From positions 22,813-60,221 of the forward strand of contig NMRA01000490.1 in assembly GCA_002633005.1 (NCBI GenBank): a DNA stretch of 37,409 nucleotides, given 5' to 3'. The position numbers and the translations under genes are program-made. Shown one piece after another: positions 23,201 through 35,100 of this stretch; the stretch's first letter is position 1; each line of letters begins with the position of its first letter. A model generated the notes under the pieces. The model did no database searches. It was not told the origin of the DNA and saw only the letters and a program-made list of their open reading frames with translations. Origin of the DNA: Phoronis australis (taxonomy: Eukaryota; Animalia; Phoronida).

Positions 23201-25984
23201 CATGCATTTGGCAAGTGCTCTTAATCTAAACTATGCTGTATGTACATCAAAATGTACACGACGACGTAGTGAAAAAAGAACGACGCCGTTGGTGTCTTTA
23301 TCAAGCCCTTTCACTTCCGTACAGTCATTTTTCGGGAACCAGAGCCACACGGTTTGCAGAAATTACACGTGGCAGCACAATAATACTCCATCGCTTCCTT
23401 GCGGATCTCATTTTGGCATTGATCAATGAATAAATCGCAGTTGAACAGTCGATCTTTGCACGCTGTAATGCAACAAGGTGTGTTGGAAAGCGAGACTGTT
23501 GCAAAAGGTTACTGGTAAAGTTTTGACGCTTGGTTGGTCATCACGCCAATCGAGCAAGGGATTTTTCAACCCATAGGAGTGTTACTGACATACTCTTACA
23601 CCGGCATAGCCACGCTAACTGTTTATTGAACCCCCGAAACGCATGAACTACCAATTCATTGATACATGACACACATTAAAAGTGACATTTGACACCCCAT
23701 GTAATTACCAGATATTCCCTCTTTGACACTCACTTCAGCCCAAGCTCCGGTAGATGATGACTACCGTCTCAATAGGCTTTCGAGATAGTAAACCTCCCAT
23801 AGGCACTCCATATGCCGTAAGCTTTTTGGGTAAATTATGCCTAGCTCCCACTGATTAAAACATCAAAGTTTCGTTGCTTTAAGTAGACCTACCTGTTGCA
23901 CATAGAGTTACACCTAAGGTGGTTGTCGGTGTCTTTAATTCTCTCCAACTCGAATAAATAATCCCGTATTCAAACTTTTTCCGAGCAGTCCGTTGTTCAG
24001 TTGCCCAAATCGGCAACTGGCCAATTTTACAATGCGACGTCATAACTCTCGGCGCGTGCAATGGTAAAAATCGCATTTTGCCGATTTGGGCATTTGATCG
24101 AAGGACTGCTCAAAATGAATTGATTACGGGAGAATTTGTTCGATGTGAAATGAATTAAGACCACCAAGGGTCACCCAAGGGGTGTCTCTCTGAACCATTA
24201 AAAAGTACAAAAAAGTTTGTATGAAACTTAAAAATATTAATTCCGGGATTATAAAATTCGCTGAACAGTTGTGAAGCAATGTGTCGTTTTAGCTTCGATA
24301 AACTTATTAGTTTTCTTCGTGTATTTTTGTGTCTTCCTGGACTGTAAATAGTAATAGAAACATTTCCTCTTATTTGATCACAGCATTGGGGAAGCTATGT
24401 AGCTTGACCTAATTATGAAGACCCATATTGAATCTTTAGCGAGGCCCAAAAATAGCCGCCTGATCACCGTGCGTCGGAATTTTCATCGATAAATTGTTGA
24501 TGTTTTTAGAGCAGTAAAACTGCCTTTTCAATGTTTTAGGCAACCCAAATGATCGAACCCAGTGAAATTTGGCGTTGTATACTAACTTTTTATTACAAAA
24601 CAGGTACAACAAACACAACGACGTAGTATAGAACTGTGCAAAAAGCCAGAAAGCATTTGATTGTTACTTTCAAGTTACATATATATGCCTTTAAAAATAC
24701 GAATTGAAGTTATGTTCTGGCATCTGGTCAATTCTATGGCTCCCTTCATGTTTCAAAAACACATTTCCAATCCTCTCATTTGTTTGTATCATTAAATTTC
24801 CGTGTGTTGAAAAAAGCACTGAATTCTACATTAAAGCATACCCTCAATCAATTAAGACATATTGAGTTAGGTTTGACAATAGCAAATTTCATTTTAAAAA
24901 TAAAAATTTTAGTTTGTAAAAGAAACCAATTCAAAACTCTATTCTGTTCATTTTGAAGACCAAATATAATGGTGGTTTTGCTGTATTTTTTTTTCAAAAT
25001 TCACTTGCATTGCAGTCATTAACCAGAGACGTACCCCGTCCACAAAGAGTTAACATGCACACACATTCAAAAATAAATGCTCTAACGTCTAGGAAAGTAT
25101 TTACAAAAAGTACAATGATTTGATACCGCATATCTAATCTTATTTAAAATAATTAGTAGGTAGAATTCTATGCAGCAAGAGGAACTGAAAGAAAAGTAAT
25201 TTTGTGTCATTCGTACATTCATGTGGAAAGTTTGTAATAAAAGTTCCACATCTCTGATAGCGAAAATCCCAATATTTCAAATTTCTTTTGTGCCGATAGT
25301 GTTATATCATTTTTGCAGAAAATGTGATAAGAATTCCGACATCCCTTTTCGTCAACATAATAGTTTTTAGAGGAAAAGGTAAAAGTGGTCCATATACCTT
25401 TTTAGTACACGCGAATTTACTCCACTAGCAGACTGCACACCAACCATGAAACACAGCTTCAACTTAAATAAGGCCTCGCCGTGGTATACAGATTGGCTCT
25501 ACTTACCCGTATTTTACAGTTGATAACCCATATATATGAAAAACCGAGGAAGACTAGTTCAAAAGGGGTGTAAAAGAAGCTCTCCAGGAGCGCATTGAGA
25601 GTCCGTCTTTAAATAAAAGAGGCAGTTTAAGATTCGATTTGTCACACGTATGGGATGGTGTACTGACGTCAATGCCGCGCTGTTTAGCGAAAACGCCACC
25701 ATTTGGCTAGAATAACAATAACGTCACAAGCCAAGCTGAAGTCCGTGAGATGCAGACGCAACGTCGCTAATTTTTGTAAGTTTTAATTCCAGTATTAGAC
25801 TCAAACTTGATCTGTTTTCTCAACTGGATGTCTCAAAATTTTCATGCTCTCACATTCACAGATTGTCTTGTAGCTTACCGTATTTTGCATACATGTACAT
25901 ATAATGTCATATAACAACAAGCCGGATCACACGGCAACGAGTTATTGCCACGATGATGCAAAAAGTCCAAATATATGGGATAAA

Positions 25985-26119
25985 TAGGTTATCCCACATA
26001 CATAGGAATACTAATACGATATCCTATCTCAAATTCATTTCATCTGGGAATGTCCGAACGAGACCGGATGAAATGAATTCTCCATAGGATGCCTATGTAC
26101 CTGTATGTGAGATAACCTA
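25985..26119. repeat. Imperfect palindrome, foldback or MITE-like
   Basis: Core arms AATTCATTTCATCTGG 26032-26047 / CCGGATGAAATGAATT 26064-26079; outer arms TAGGTTATCCCACATACA / TGTATGTGAGATAACCTA. Confidence 0.7.
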
Positions 26120-26898
26120 TATGTACACAACATCCATGTTTTCACATATATGGGATAAATATAGGTTATATAGGTTATTCCACATACATGTACATAGGAA
26201 TTCGTAATTTTCGTTGTAAAGTCACCACGCTAACGACAATTTGATGAGATCAAATGAAAAAGGTGCATGTATTCAAAGACTTGTTCAATACGATTTCGTA
26301 GTTTTCCATTCATACTTGAGTAGAAATTCTGAGCGCACTGTTATGTTTCTATTTCAATCAGGGTTAGTGGTAGTAATGAATAGAAGAAAGAGATCAGTTC
26401 GAGGGATAGTGTCTCATTTGCAAGTTTTCAATTTTATCCTCGTCGGAACTGAGAAGATTTGTGTCGAAGGAAGGATCAACAAAACACTTACTTTGCTTGC
26501 ACAGTCTACAAGAAAGAGGACATCGCCTTCTTGTAAGCTCGTTAGTTAAGCAAGTAACAACAGCGTAAATGGCACAATAATCTTCATCATGGTCGCAACA
26601 AGCTGCAAATTAAGAAAGAAATACAGATTTCAACAACAATGAGAGGGTCCTTAATTGTTGAATCTTTGAAATAGGTGTCGTGAGTATTCTCACCTAACAA
26701 GTGTATGAAGATAATTTCCACATTCATAAGTGACTGTACTTCGGGAGCAAGTTTTCTGTTATACAGAATTTGTTGAATACACGACACTTTTCATTTTTCA
26801 CGGTCTTTATTCCGTTGCGTTCATACTTTCTGAACAAAACTCTACTCTCTACTGAACATAGATACAGTAACTGACCTAGCGACATAATTAAAAAGACA

Positions 26899-26936
26899 CA
26901 CGATATTTCGAAACATACTTGTTTCATTCTCAAGTG
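26899..26936 (-). ncRNA. Identical hammerhead copy in the opposite pLTR arm
   Basis: Exact reverse complement of 27534-27571. Confidence 0.7.
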
Positions 26937-27052
26937 AAGATAAAATGACGCAGTAATGCCACCACAGAGTATAAGCTGACGACACACACAGTGAGACACG
27001 GCGGGTGTGAAATACTGCAAAGAATGACTAAAGAATTAGGGTAACAGGAAAG

Positions 27053-27475
27053 TCACGCAAACAAGTGTAACGTGCGGCGCGACCCTGTTTGCTGCTCATT
27101 CAAAATAGGCTTCTCAAAAGCGATTAAAAGGGACTCTAATACTTTCAAACGCAGCACATCTTGCTCCACGTAGCGAATTGACGTGTTTTCCACAATTTCT
27201 TGACGGGTGATTTTACGTGCGTGGTATTGCAGAAAATGATCTTGAATGGCGCCATTTTGAAGATGCATGGATAACCGACGGGAAAGACTGCAAACCGTTT
27301 GACCAATGTAACATTGTTTGACGTTTGAACGAAGACATTCATTCATAGGGCATACAAATTCATAAACAACACTACACTGTGCAACGGGGCGGACTTTCGC
27401 TTTAGAAATGTTATTTTTCATGACCAAGTTGGAGGACTTCCTATTCCGATAATAAATAATAACATCAAGGTAATC
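27053..27475 (-). CDS. C-terminal GIY-YIG endonuclease of the Penelope-like element, 5' partial
   Basis: VVYEFVCP..C..CYIGQT..LSRRL..H.QNGAI..H...LE.LLI...KP.LNEQ; the frame is open up to the N at 27476. Confidence 0.9.
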   Translation of the reverse strand, partial: DYLDVIIYYRNRKSSNLVMKNNISKAKVRPVAQCSVVYEFVCPMNECLRSNVKQCYIGQTVCSLSRRLSMHLQNGAIQDHFLQYHARKITRQEIVENTSIRYVEQDVLRLKVLESLLIAFEKPILNEQQTGSRRTLHLFA

Positions 27476-27533
27476 NCACTGTGTGTGTCGTCAGCTTATA
27501 CTCTGTGGTGGCATTACTGCGTCATTTTATCTT

Positions 27534-27571
27534 CACTTGAGAATGAAACAAGTATGTTTCGAAATATCGTG
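27534..27571 (+). ncRNA. Minimal type I hammerhead ribozyme, U3:A8 core variant
   Basis: CAC-TTGAGAA-T-GAAAC(AAGTAT)GTTTC-GAAA-TATC-GTG. Stem I CAC/GTG, stem II 5 bp, palindromic ATAT stem III; predicted cut after C27568. Confidence 0.7.
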
Positions 27572-27949
27572 TGTCTTTTTAATTATGTCGCTAGGTCAGT
27601 TACTGTATCTATGTTCAGTAGAGAGTAGAGTTTTGTTCAGAAAGTATGAACGCAACGGAATAAAGACCGTGAAAAATGAAAAGTGTCGTGTATTCAACAA
27701 ATTCTGTATAACATTCATAAGTATGTAGATAAGTTCTCACGTTTAAAACACATGTTCGTTTAGTTAGGTGAAAATTAATAATCAAATCTTGAGTTCATGC
27801 AAATTTTACTGTTTTCCAAGTTATTGCCTCGTGCGATGTAAGAGGAACATTTAATTCAGGGAATTAACTTAACGGGTAATACACCTGCTATTTATTTGTC
27901 AATGTTGATTTCCCAGCACGACACCATGCAATTGAAAGTATGCAGTCTT

Positions 27950-28610
27950 GTTTTGAATGAGCAGCATACTTGGTCTCGCCGCACGTTACACTTGTTTGTA
28001 TGACTTTCCTGTTACCCCCTTCATTTGTCATGCTTTGCAGTATTTCACACCTGCTTGTCCCACTGTGCATGTCGCCGGTTTATGCTCTATGGTGACATTA
28101 CACGTCATGTCATTTCCACTTAAGAATGAAACCAGTATGTTGCGAAATATCGTGTACCTTTTAATCATGTCTTTCGGTCAGTTACTTCACCAATGTTCAG
28201 TTGAGTGTAGAGTTTTATTTCGAGCACACGAAAGGAACGGAAAAAGACTGTTACATAGGCGGATTTAGGGGGCAAGGAGCCCGCCCCCTCCCCCCTTGGT
28301 TGTCGCAAGCAAAATGAAACAGCAACAGCGTGAAGCGTCAGTAAATATTGAGTTCAATAACTATAACCGGTAGAGGACGAGGGAGGGGGGCTCATACTCC
28401 AGACCACGGTGGAACCGTGTCATCGAGTCCCTTTTTTTAGTCCACCGATAGCTTTTCAACTTCCAGGCCGCCTGTGCCAGTGCACGTGCATTCGCGCTTT
28501 GCCCAATGACCTAGATCCGCCACTGCGTTAATAACGAAAAGTGTCCTGTGTTTAATCAATTTTGCTTATCGGAAAACTTTCTCCAGGAGCATAGCCATTA
28601 AACTGTAAAT
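27950..28610 (+). mobile_element. Older diverged 3' fragment of a related Penelope-like element
   Basis: LNEQHTWSRRTLHLFV* versus LNEQQTGSRRTLHLFA*, followed by a colinear diverged pLTR. Its hammerhead at 28117-28154 has TTAAGAA (G5 to A). Confidence 0.8.
28254..28525. mobile_element. 272-bp MITE, possibly hAT-related, inserted in the old Penelope fragment
   Basis: Termini CATAGGCGGATTTAG / CTAGATCCGCCACTG; flanks TGTTA / CGTTA; removing it restores colinearity with the pLTR. Confidence 0.75.
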
Positions 28611-29496
28611 ATGCGAATAGTGTATTAATTTACAAACAACCTCAGGCACTCCAGCGTGCCGGAAACTATCCGAGAACCAGTTACCATTATATTCTCATGA
28701 AAGTCTCATTTTGCGAGACTATTTTATGTAAATGAGTATGGTAATATCTCATCATGGAGGGCGAAGAACCGATGCCGGCCAAAAGAACAAAGAAGGCATA
28801 TAACTTTTTTGGACCAAACGTCTTCGTGCATGGCGGTAATTCAGATTCCGACTGCAGCTGCAAAGACAGCGAATTGGCGTTTCCCGAGTTTGCACTCACT
28901 TCTTGTCCAAATTCTTAGGACGGCAACACAGCCTTATCGTTACCCTAATGAAACAAGGTGCAGTTTTTATGATTTTGTTTATTTCACTACGTAAAATCGA
29001 TTATAGTCAGGTTTGTTGTGTAATTTTGTTGGAATTTTTGGGGAAAGTGGAAACTATACATTTTTGGAAACCTTATGGAATGGCAAATCAGAAAATAATT
29101 GATTCCATTCTTGGCGGCCATCTTGGAGGCCATCTTGGATTTTTAAAAATGGCGCCCGTAAAATACATTTTCCTCAGTATCTTAATTGCTCTTGGGTCAC
29201 TTAGAGTGTTAGTTTTAATGTCTTCACCCACATTTTTGTGGTCAAGACATCTGAAAATGCAACTTATTAAATGGGAAACATAATCAAAACCCCATTTATG
29301 AGCAGCCACATTTTCTAAATGCATTCTTCGTGTAATCCGACACATAATCAATATCTTATTTGCTTGTATATTTTGTTCGGAGCTTGTTACCTTCAAGACA
29401 CTTAAAACTAAACCAGTACATAAACAACTTATTTATGTTTGAAGAACACGAAAGTATGTTTTTAGTGTCAATAGTTTTCAAAACTTTGAAATCAGT

Positions 29497-29979
29497 CTAT
29501 AGATCATTACTATAGCCATCACTGTCACCTGGAATCATGTCATCATCACCATTCTGATATTCTGCAGTACACTGACATAGATCTGTGTAAGATAGGTCCT
29601 TTGATCGTCAAGAGCATCTTTGGAAAGAGGAATTGTTTTTGCATTGGCATCTAACCATCTCAGTGATAGCCTCTGGCGCAGGAAGCTCCTCAGTTGTGAG
29701 TGTTTCAGCTGGTCATCTTTGTCCTTGTAAATTCATTCGGTAATGAGTCAAGAAACTGCAGTACAGCAGTGACTGCCTAGCCCCACACTCTGGATTGAAT
29801 AAACATCCTCAGCACATGCTGTTTCAAAGCACCAACGACTGGTGGAGCGTTGTCGCTGTCAGCCATACGTTTACAGAAGAGGTACCATCTCAGCTCTGGG
29901 ATGCTATTTGTTTCTATACCCTCTGGTGATTATACACATGTAAAAGGGGCTAATGTGAAAAGAGGTTCACCTGTTACTT
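29497..29979 (-). pseudogene. AcademX-like protein C-terminus with degenerate Cys8/CXC finger
   Basis: IPELRWYLFCK..APPVVGALKQHVLR..Q..VW; LPAPEAITEMVRCQCK...RCS*...YTDLCQC, an acidic tail, then TAG. Not in the ORF track. Confidence 0.75.
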
Positions 29980-30194
29980 GTGTGTTGGTGGTTTCGACCA
30001 CAGGTTGTGGTGCTTAGCGTCTAGTGTGGTAATGTAGTTAGCAGTAGTATCTAGCTCTGCTTAGTGCTCTGCTTTCAGCTTCCGCCACTGATCAGTTCCG
30101 ACTGTCAGTACATAGCTTCTCCCACAACAAGACTCGTGCAGTGCCTCCACGCGGCAACACATGGACTGGGTTTACTCAGACTAAACTGTGCGGG
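29980..30194 (+). ncRNA. HDV-like self-cleaving ribozyme at the LINE 5' end
   Basis: P1 GTGTGTT 29980-29986 / AACACAT 30156-30162 (G-U at the cut site); P2 30133-30142 / 30185-30194; P3 GCC/GGC; L3 TCCACGC; P1.1 CC/GG; P4 CTGGG/CTCAG; J4/2 ACTAA with C30181. Confidence 0.88.
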
Positions 30195-30780
30195 ATCGGG
30201 TTGGGGAAGGGGGTTTTCTGTCTTTAGCAGCCGCTGTTGTTTCGAACGATATGAGATGCCGAAAACCTTGTTGGAAGCATTCTCTGTTCTCAGGTGATTG
30301 ATCAGTGGCTCTAGAGTGGGAGGCCTCTCTAACCCAAGCATCCCCCTTTGGGGCGCCTGGTCAGGAGTATCTTGACTTTGACCTCTTCGGGTCCGATTGA
30401 TACCCCTTGTCTCCGGTCAGGTGACACAGGAACCCTTGACAACTAATACCCTGGTTCTTGAGTCTTAATCCAGTTGCGGCTGGTGGTAAACAACACAGAA
30501 CTTTGCGTATCAAGTAATCTTGGGCAAACTGCGGTGCACGGAGTAGCGCCTGTTGCACTAGGGGACAAGCCTCTTCACGGTTAGCCCTGGGAGGTTGCGA
30601 GGTTCTGGGACATGGAGGTAGACATACTGAACCTGGGTAGTCCATTTGCAGCAGAAGCCCTTTCGCTGGGGGTCATATGCTCGCTTGGAGGAACCAGGGG
30701 AGGGAGCTGTTGAAACCAGTGTCAGATCCTATAGGTTTGCAGATGCAGGAAAACCTTTGGCTGGGCTTTGTTGCCACCCT

Positions 30781-31980
30781 ATGGATAGGGTGAATGCGGA
30801 TGCAGACCTGAATTATAACCTATATTTGCTATATGGATCCACAGCGAAACCAATAACCCACCCTGGTCAGGGTTCAAGTGACCAGCGCACAGGGCAGTCG
30901 AATGTGGTCTTTGCAGCCACGGACGTCCGCCTCAAAGACTCCTCCCTTGGAGTTTCTATAAGGCAAGTGGAAGCAGCCCCTACTGTGGACGCTTGCTCTG
31001 GGAAATCACTGGACTTTTCTATGAGAGTGGAAAGTGAGATTACCAAGCTTGTGAAAGCGGCTAGGGTGGCTGCTGACTCGAACCCCAAACCTGACCCGGA
31101 CACTCCTCACGGAGCGAATGGTGGCGGAAAGACTTCAACTGGGCCTGATGGCAGCTCCCACCGTCTCTCTGCTGCTGCTAGGCGGAAGACAAAGCGGGCT
31201 CGCCTGGCGGCCCAGAAGAAGCTTGAAAACCTAGAAATCGATGTTCAGCAGGGTGTTGAGCGCCCTAAGTCTGACAGCTCGACTCCTGGGACATTCTCAA
31301 AACCACCCACCATAGTGGCTAAAGTGGATAAACTACCTTATGCTAGCGTGGCTAAGAAAGATCTTAGTGTCTTTTTGGCTGCAAAGGCTGGTGAGCCACC
31401 ACTAAATGAGGACGTGGCTAAGCGTCTGAAGCGCCGACTACAGATGGCATTTGTCAAACCTCAGAGACCCCGTGTCCCGCTTCATATGAAGTCAGTGAGA
31501 CTTGAAAAGGGCAAACTGGCGATTGCCTGTGACAACTCAGCTACCCTTGACTGGGTCAAACTTGAGTGTAAGGAACTTACTCCTGATGGTCCTAACTCTC
31601 ACAGGTCAGGGTACCACGTGATGGGTCCAGGCGATCTACCTCCTGTGTTCAAGGCCTTCTGTCATGTGTCAGAGGAAGTTGCCTCTAATAAGGATGAGTT
31701 CTTGTTGGTACTTAAGGAGTGCAACGATGACCTGGATATGAGAAAGGTTCATGTGGTGTCAATGACTACCATCAAACCAACGTCAAAATATCCATCTAAG
31801 GGATTTACCATTGTCCTAGCCTTTGAAGAGTCCGCTTGGCAGGTTCTCCGGGGGATGGATTTTCGTCCCTGGTGTGGCTTTGCTGGGCGTGTGCTTTTTA
31901 GAGCTAGGGGCAAACGCAGTAAGGGGCCAAAGCTTCTGTCCAGACCTGAGAAGGATGTCAACCTCGTACATGGAAGCTGA
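30781..31980 (+). CDS. LINE ORF1 protein; start codon uncertain (30781 or 31021)
   Basis: Long ORF upstream of APE-RT; basic RRKTKRAR patch, YASVAK, CDNSATLDWVK resembling LOA-type ORF1. The acidic segment to 32131 may be its frameshifted tail. Confidence 0.75.
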   Translation: MDRVNADADLNYNLYLLYGSTAKPITHPGQGSSDQRTGQSNVVFAATDVRLKDSSLGVSIRQVEAAPTVDACSGKSLDFSMRVESEITKLVKAARVAADSNPKPDPDTPHGANGGGKTSTGPDGSSHRLSAAARRKTKRARLAAQKKLENLEIDVQQGVERPKSDSSTPGTFSKPPTIVAKVDKLPYASVAKKDLSVFLAAKAGEPPLNEDVAKRLKRRLQMAFVKPQRPRVPLHMKSVRLEKGKLAIACDNSATLDWVKLECKELTPDGPNSHRSGYHVMGPGDLPPVFKAFCHVSEEVASNKDEFLLVLKECNDDLDMRKVHVVSMTTIKPTSKYPSKGFTIVLAFEESAWQVLRGMDFRPWCGFAGRVLFRARGKRSKGPKLLSRPEKDVNLVHGS

Positions 31981-32152
31981 CTGCGTGCCCACCACAGAGT
32001 CAGCAGAAATGGACGTGGGTGATGAAACGACTGAGGTAGGGAATGTTGCTGAGGCTTCTGAACCTGTACCATCCAATGACGGATCTTCTCTGGCTCCTTC
32101 CCTACTCACGAGTGATGTGGAGTCTGGATAGACAGTCACTTGTATATTCTTA

Positions 32153-35100
32153 ATGAATCATGAGGTTAAAATCTCGCAGATAAATCTGCACCGGGCCAAC
32201 AACCCATCAGTGCTTCTGCAGCAGACGCTTGAGCGCAATACCCTATTCATGGCCTTCGTACAAGAGCCGTGCTGTCGGGGAAGCGCGATGATGAACACTC
32301 CTAGGAATGCCAAATCTTATATTGCTTCACTGGGTAACATCAAGCCCAGGGCTGCGAATCTGGTATCCAAGGACATAACCTCGAGAATCCTTCCTGAGTT
32401 TTGTGACAGGGACACTGTGGCAGTGTCCTGTGATACACTAAGACCAAATGGTCTAATATGCACACTATGGTGGGTCTCAGCCTATATGCCAGGGGACTCC
32501 GCCGAGAACCCACCCCCAGCTAAACTGCAACAAATCACCAATCACTGCAGAGCCAAGAATATCCCTTTGGTTATCTGTTGTGATGCCAATTCACATCATG
32601 AGGTGTGGCACAGCACTGACACCAACCCAAGAGGTGAGGCACTTCTAGAGTTTATTGTCAGCTCACAACTTTTAATATGCAACAAGGGCCATGAGTCCAC
32701 ATTTGTTGTCAGAAACCGGCAGGTTAATTTGCCTGCTGTTGATGTGGTAACTAATTGGAGAGTGGATTCTGCACCTTCTTTATCTGACCACAGATACATC
32801 AGGTTTGAAGTGGCGACTTTCGTTGTTCCACTATTTACTGAGTATAGGAACACCAATAAGGTGAACTGGGAACTCTATCGTTCAAAGGTTTCCAAACTCC
32901 TTTCTACTCTAGGAACAACAAATATCAGGACTTGTTCTGATGTTAACAAATTGGCAGATGACATTAACAATGCCCTGACCAAGTCACTAGATATTTCCGG
33001 CCCCAAACGCTGTATTAAGGTCACTGGGAAACCAAAACAACAGATTTGGTGGACCAAAGAACTGGCAGCATTTCGGGGTAAGGCGCGTGAAGCTCACAGA
33101 GCGGCAATTCGGACTGACACTGACGAGTGCTGGGATGCATATCATCTTGCCTATCGTATGTTTAAGTCTGCCACACGCAAAGCAAAGTGCAATTCCTGGA
33201 GGAATTTCTGTCAGCAAACTAATACCCTCTCTGCATCTGCAAGGCTGATGCAATTGCTTAAGAAGAATCACTCCTCCAGACTCGAGGTCATTCAAAAAGA
33301 GGATGGCTCATACACACGCTCCGCCGAGGAAACACTCGAAGTCATGATGGATAAGCACTATCCTGATAGTGTAAACCAACATATATTCCGAGGAGTGTGA
33401 ACCATTAGCTTATGCTGATGTTGAAAACATAGCCACACCACATCTCGTGGAGTTAGCTCTAAAGTCTTTCAAACCATGGAAGTCCCCAGGACTAGACATG
33501 ATATATCCTATAATGTTGCAAGAAGCTGGGATACCACTATTCCATATACTCACAGCAACTTACAAAGCCAGTCTTAGACTAGGTTATATCCCTAAGATTT
33601 GGACTGAAGCTAGGGTAGTCTTCATTCCTAAACCAGGGAAGAACTCACACCTTTTGGCTGAATCATTTAGGCCTATAACCTTAACATCTTTTCTTCTCAA
33701 AGGACTGGAAAATCTCATTCTGTGGCATCTTGATAAACGAGAAATACAGAACAAACTTCAGAACAATCAGTATGTTTATAGGCCTGGCTTCTCTACGGAG
33801 ACCGCTCTACATCATCTGTTTGCTAGACTGGAAAGGGCTGTTTTAATAAACAATTGCCCTCTGTGCCTTCATTGATCTTGTTGCTACTTTCAGCAATATT
33901 AAGCATGATGCGATTCGAATTGCACTGAACCACTTTAAAGTGAATAGGTGTCTTACCAGGTGGATCATTAACATGCTTGGAAGTCAATCTGTGACTGCTT
34001 GTCTAGACAATTTGATAGTGGCGGTTCGCATCACCAGAGGAACACCTCAGGGTGGCGCTGCCTCACCCACCCTCTTTAACATGGTTATGGATGGTTTGCT
34101 TCGACAAGTATCTACTGACATGGGTCCAAGCTTGTATGTTCAAGCCTATGCAGGTGATATTGTTCTCAGTGAGTCAAGCATCGATCCTGACAAATGTCGC
34201 TATCTTGCTCAAAGAGCACTGAATACAACAGCCACATGGGCTAAGTCAGTCGGCTTAGAAATTAGTGGTAGCAAAACAAAGGTGATTATGTTCACTTGGA
34301 AGCTTAAATGGTAAATGCAGCCTTTAACGCTGAATGGTAAACATCTTTTTCTTGTAGACAAGGCGACTTACTTAGGTGTCATTTTACACCATCGTCTTTC
34401 CTGGACCCCGCATATTACAGAAAAAAATCTCAAAAGCCAAATCTGCATTGGTGAGATGCAGTCGTGCGGTGGGTAAAACTTGGGGAATGTCTCCCAAGAA
34501 TATGTTCTGGATTTATACTGCTGTTATCCGACTTATAATGTCCTATGTTTTGTCGATATGGGTAACGGCATTAAATCAGATTACAATTATCAACAAACTT
34601 AGGCAGCTGCAACGTCTAGCTTGTCTGTGCATAACCTCTGCTTTTCCAGGAACGCCTTCTGTAGCTCTAGAAATGCTAATCAGTCTACCACCACTGAACA
34701 TATACCTTGAGGGTGACGCTGGATGTGCTGCACTTCGTCTCAAATATAATGGTCAGTGGGTGAAGACTAACATCCCTGACTCCGTTGCACACTGAAGCCA
34801 CAGGACTGTTTGTAATAAGCTAATGGCTAAGACTGGGCAACTATGGAACATGCCTAGTGATGTCTAGGTCACAACTTTAAATCATACAAACAATTTCTTC
34901 ACGGAATTTGGCTATGGATGGCCTACTGCAGAACACAAGAATAAGGTGGTTTGTTATACGGACGGCTCTAAACTGGAAAATGGCCAGACAGGTGCTGGGG
35001 TCTACTTTCCAAGCCTTCCTGTTGCAGATGCAGAAAACTGGGTATCAATGGGCAATCTTGCCACGGTGTTTCAGGCTGAGATCACTGCAATTAATAGAGC

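Larger units (their letters stand above)
26732..27710 (-). mobile_element. Penelope-like element: GIY-YIG 3' end, pLTR with tail, inverted pLTR copy, 12-bp TSD
   Basis: Direct repeat ACATTCATAAGT at 26720-26731 and 27711-27722. Identical inverted arms of about 235 bp (26757-26993 / 27477-27713). A single N at 27476. Confidence 0.88.

Noticed and set aside
26724-27728. ORFs 26724-27020 (-) and 27483-27728 (+) with the same peptide, suggesting a duplicated gene
   Set aside because: They are incidental frames in the inverted pLTR arms.
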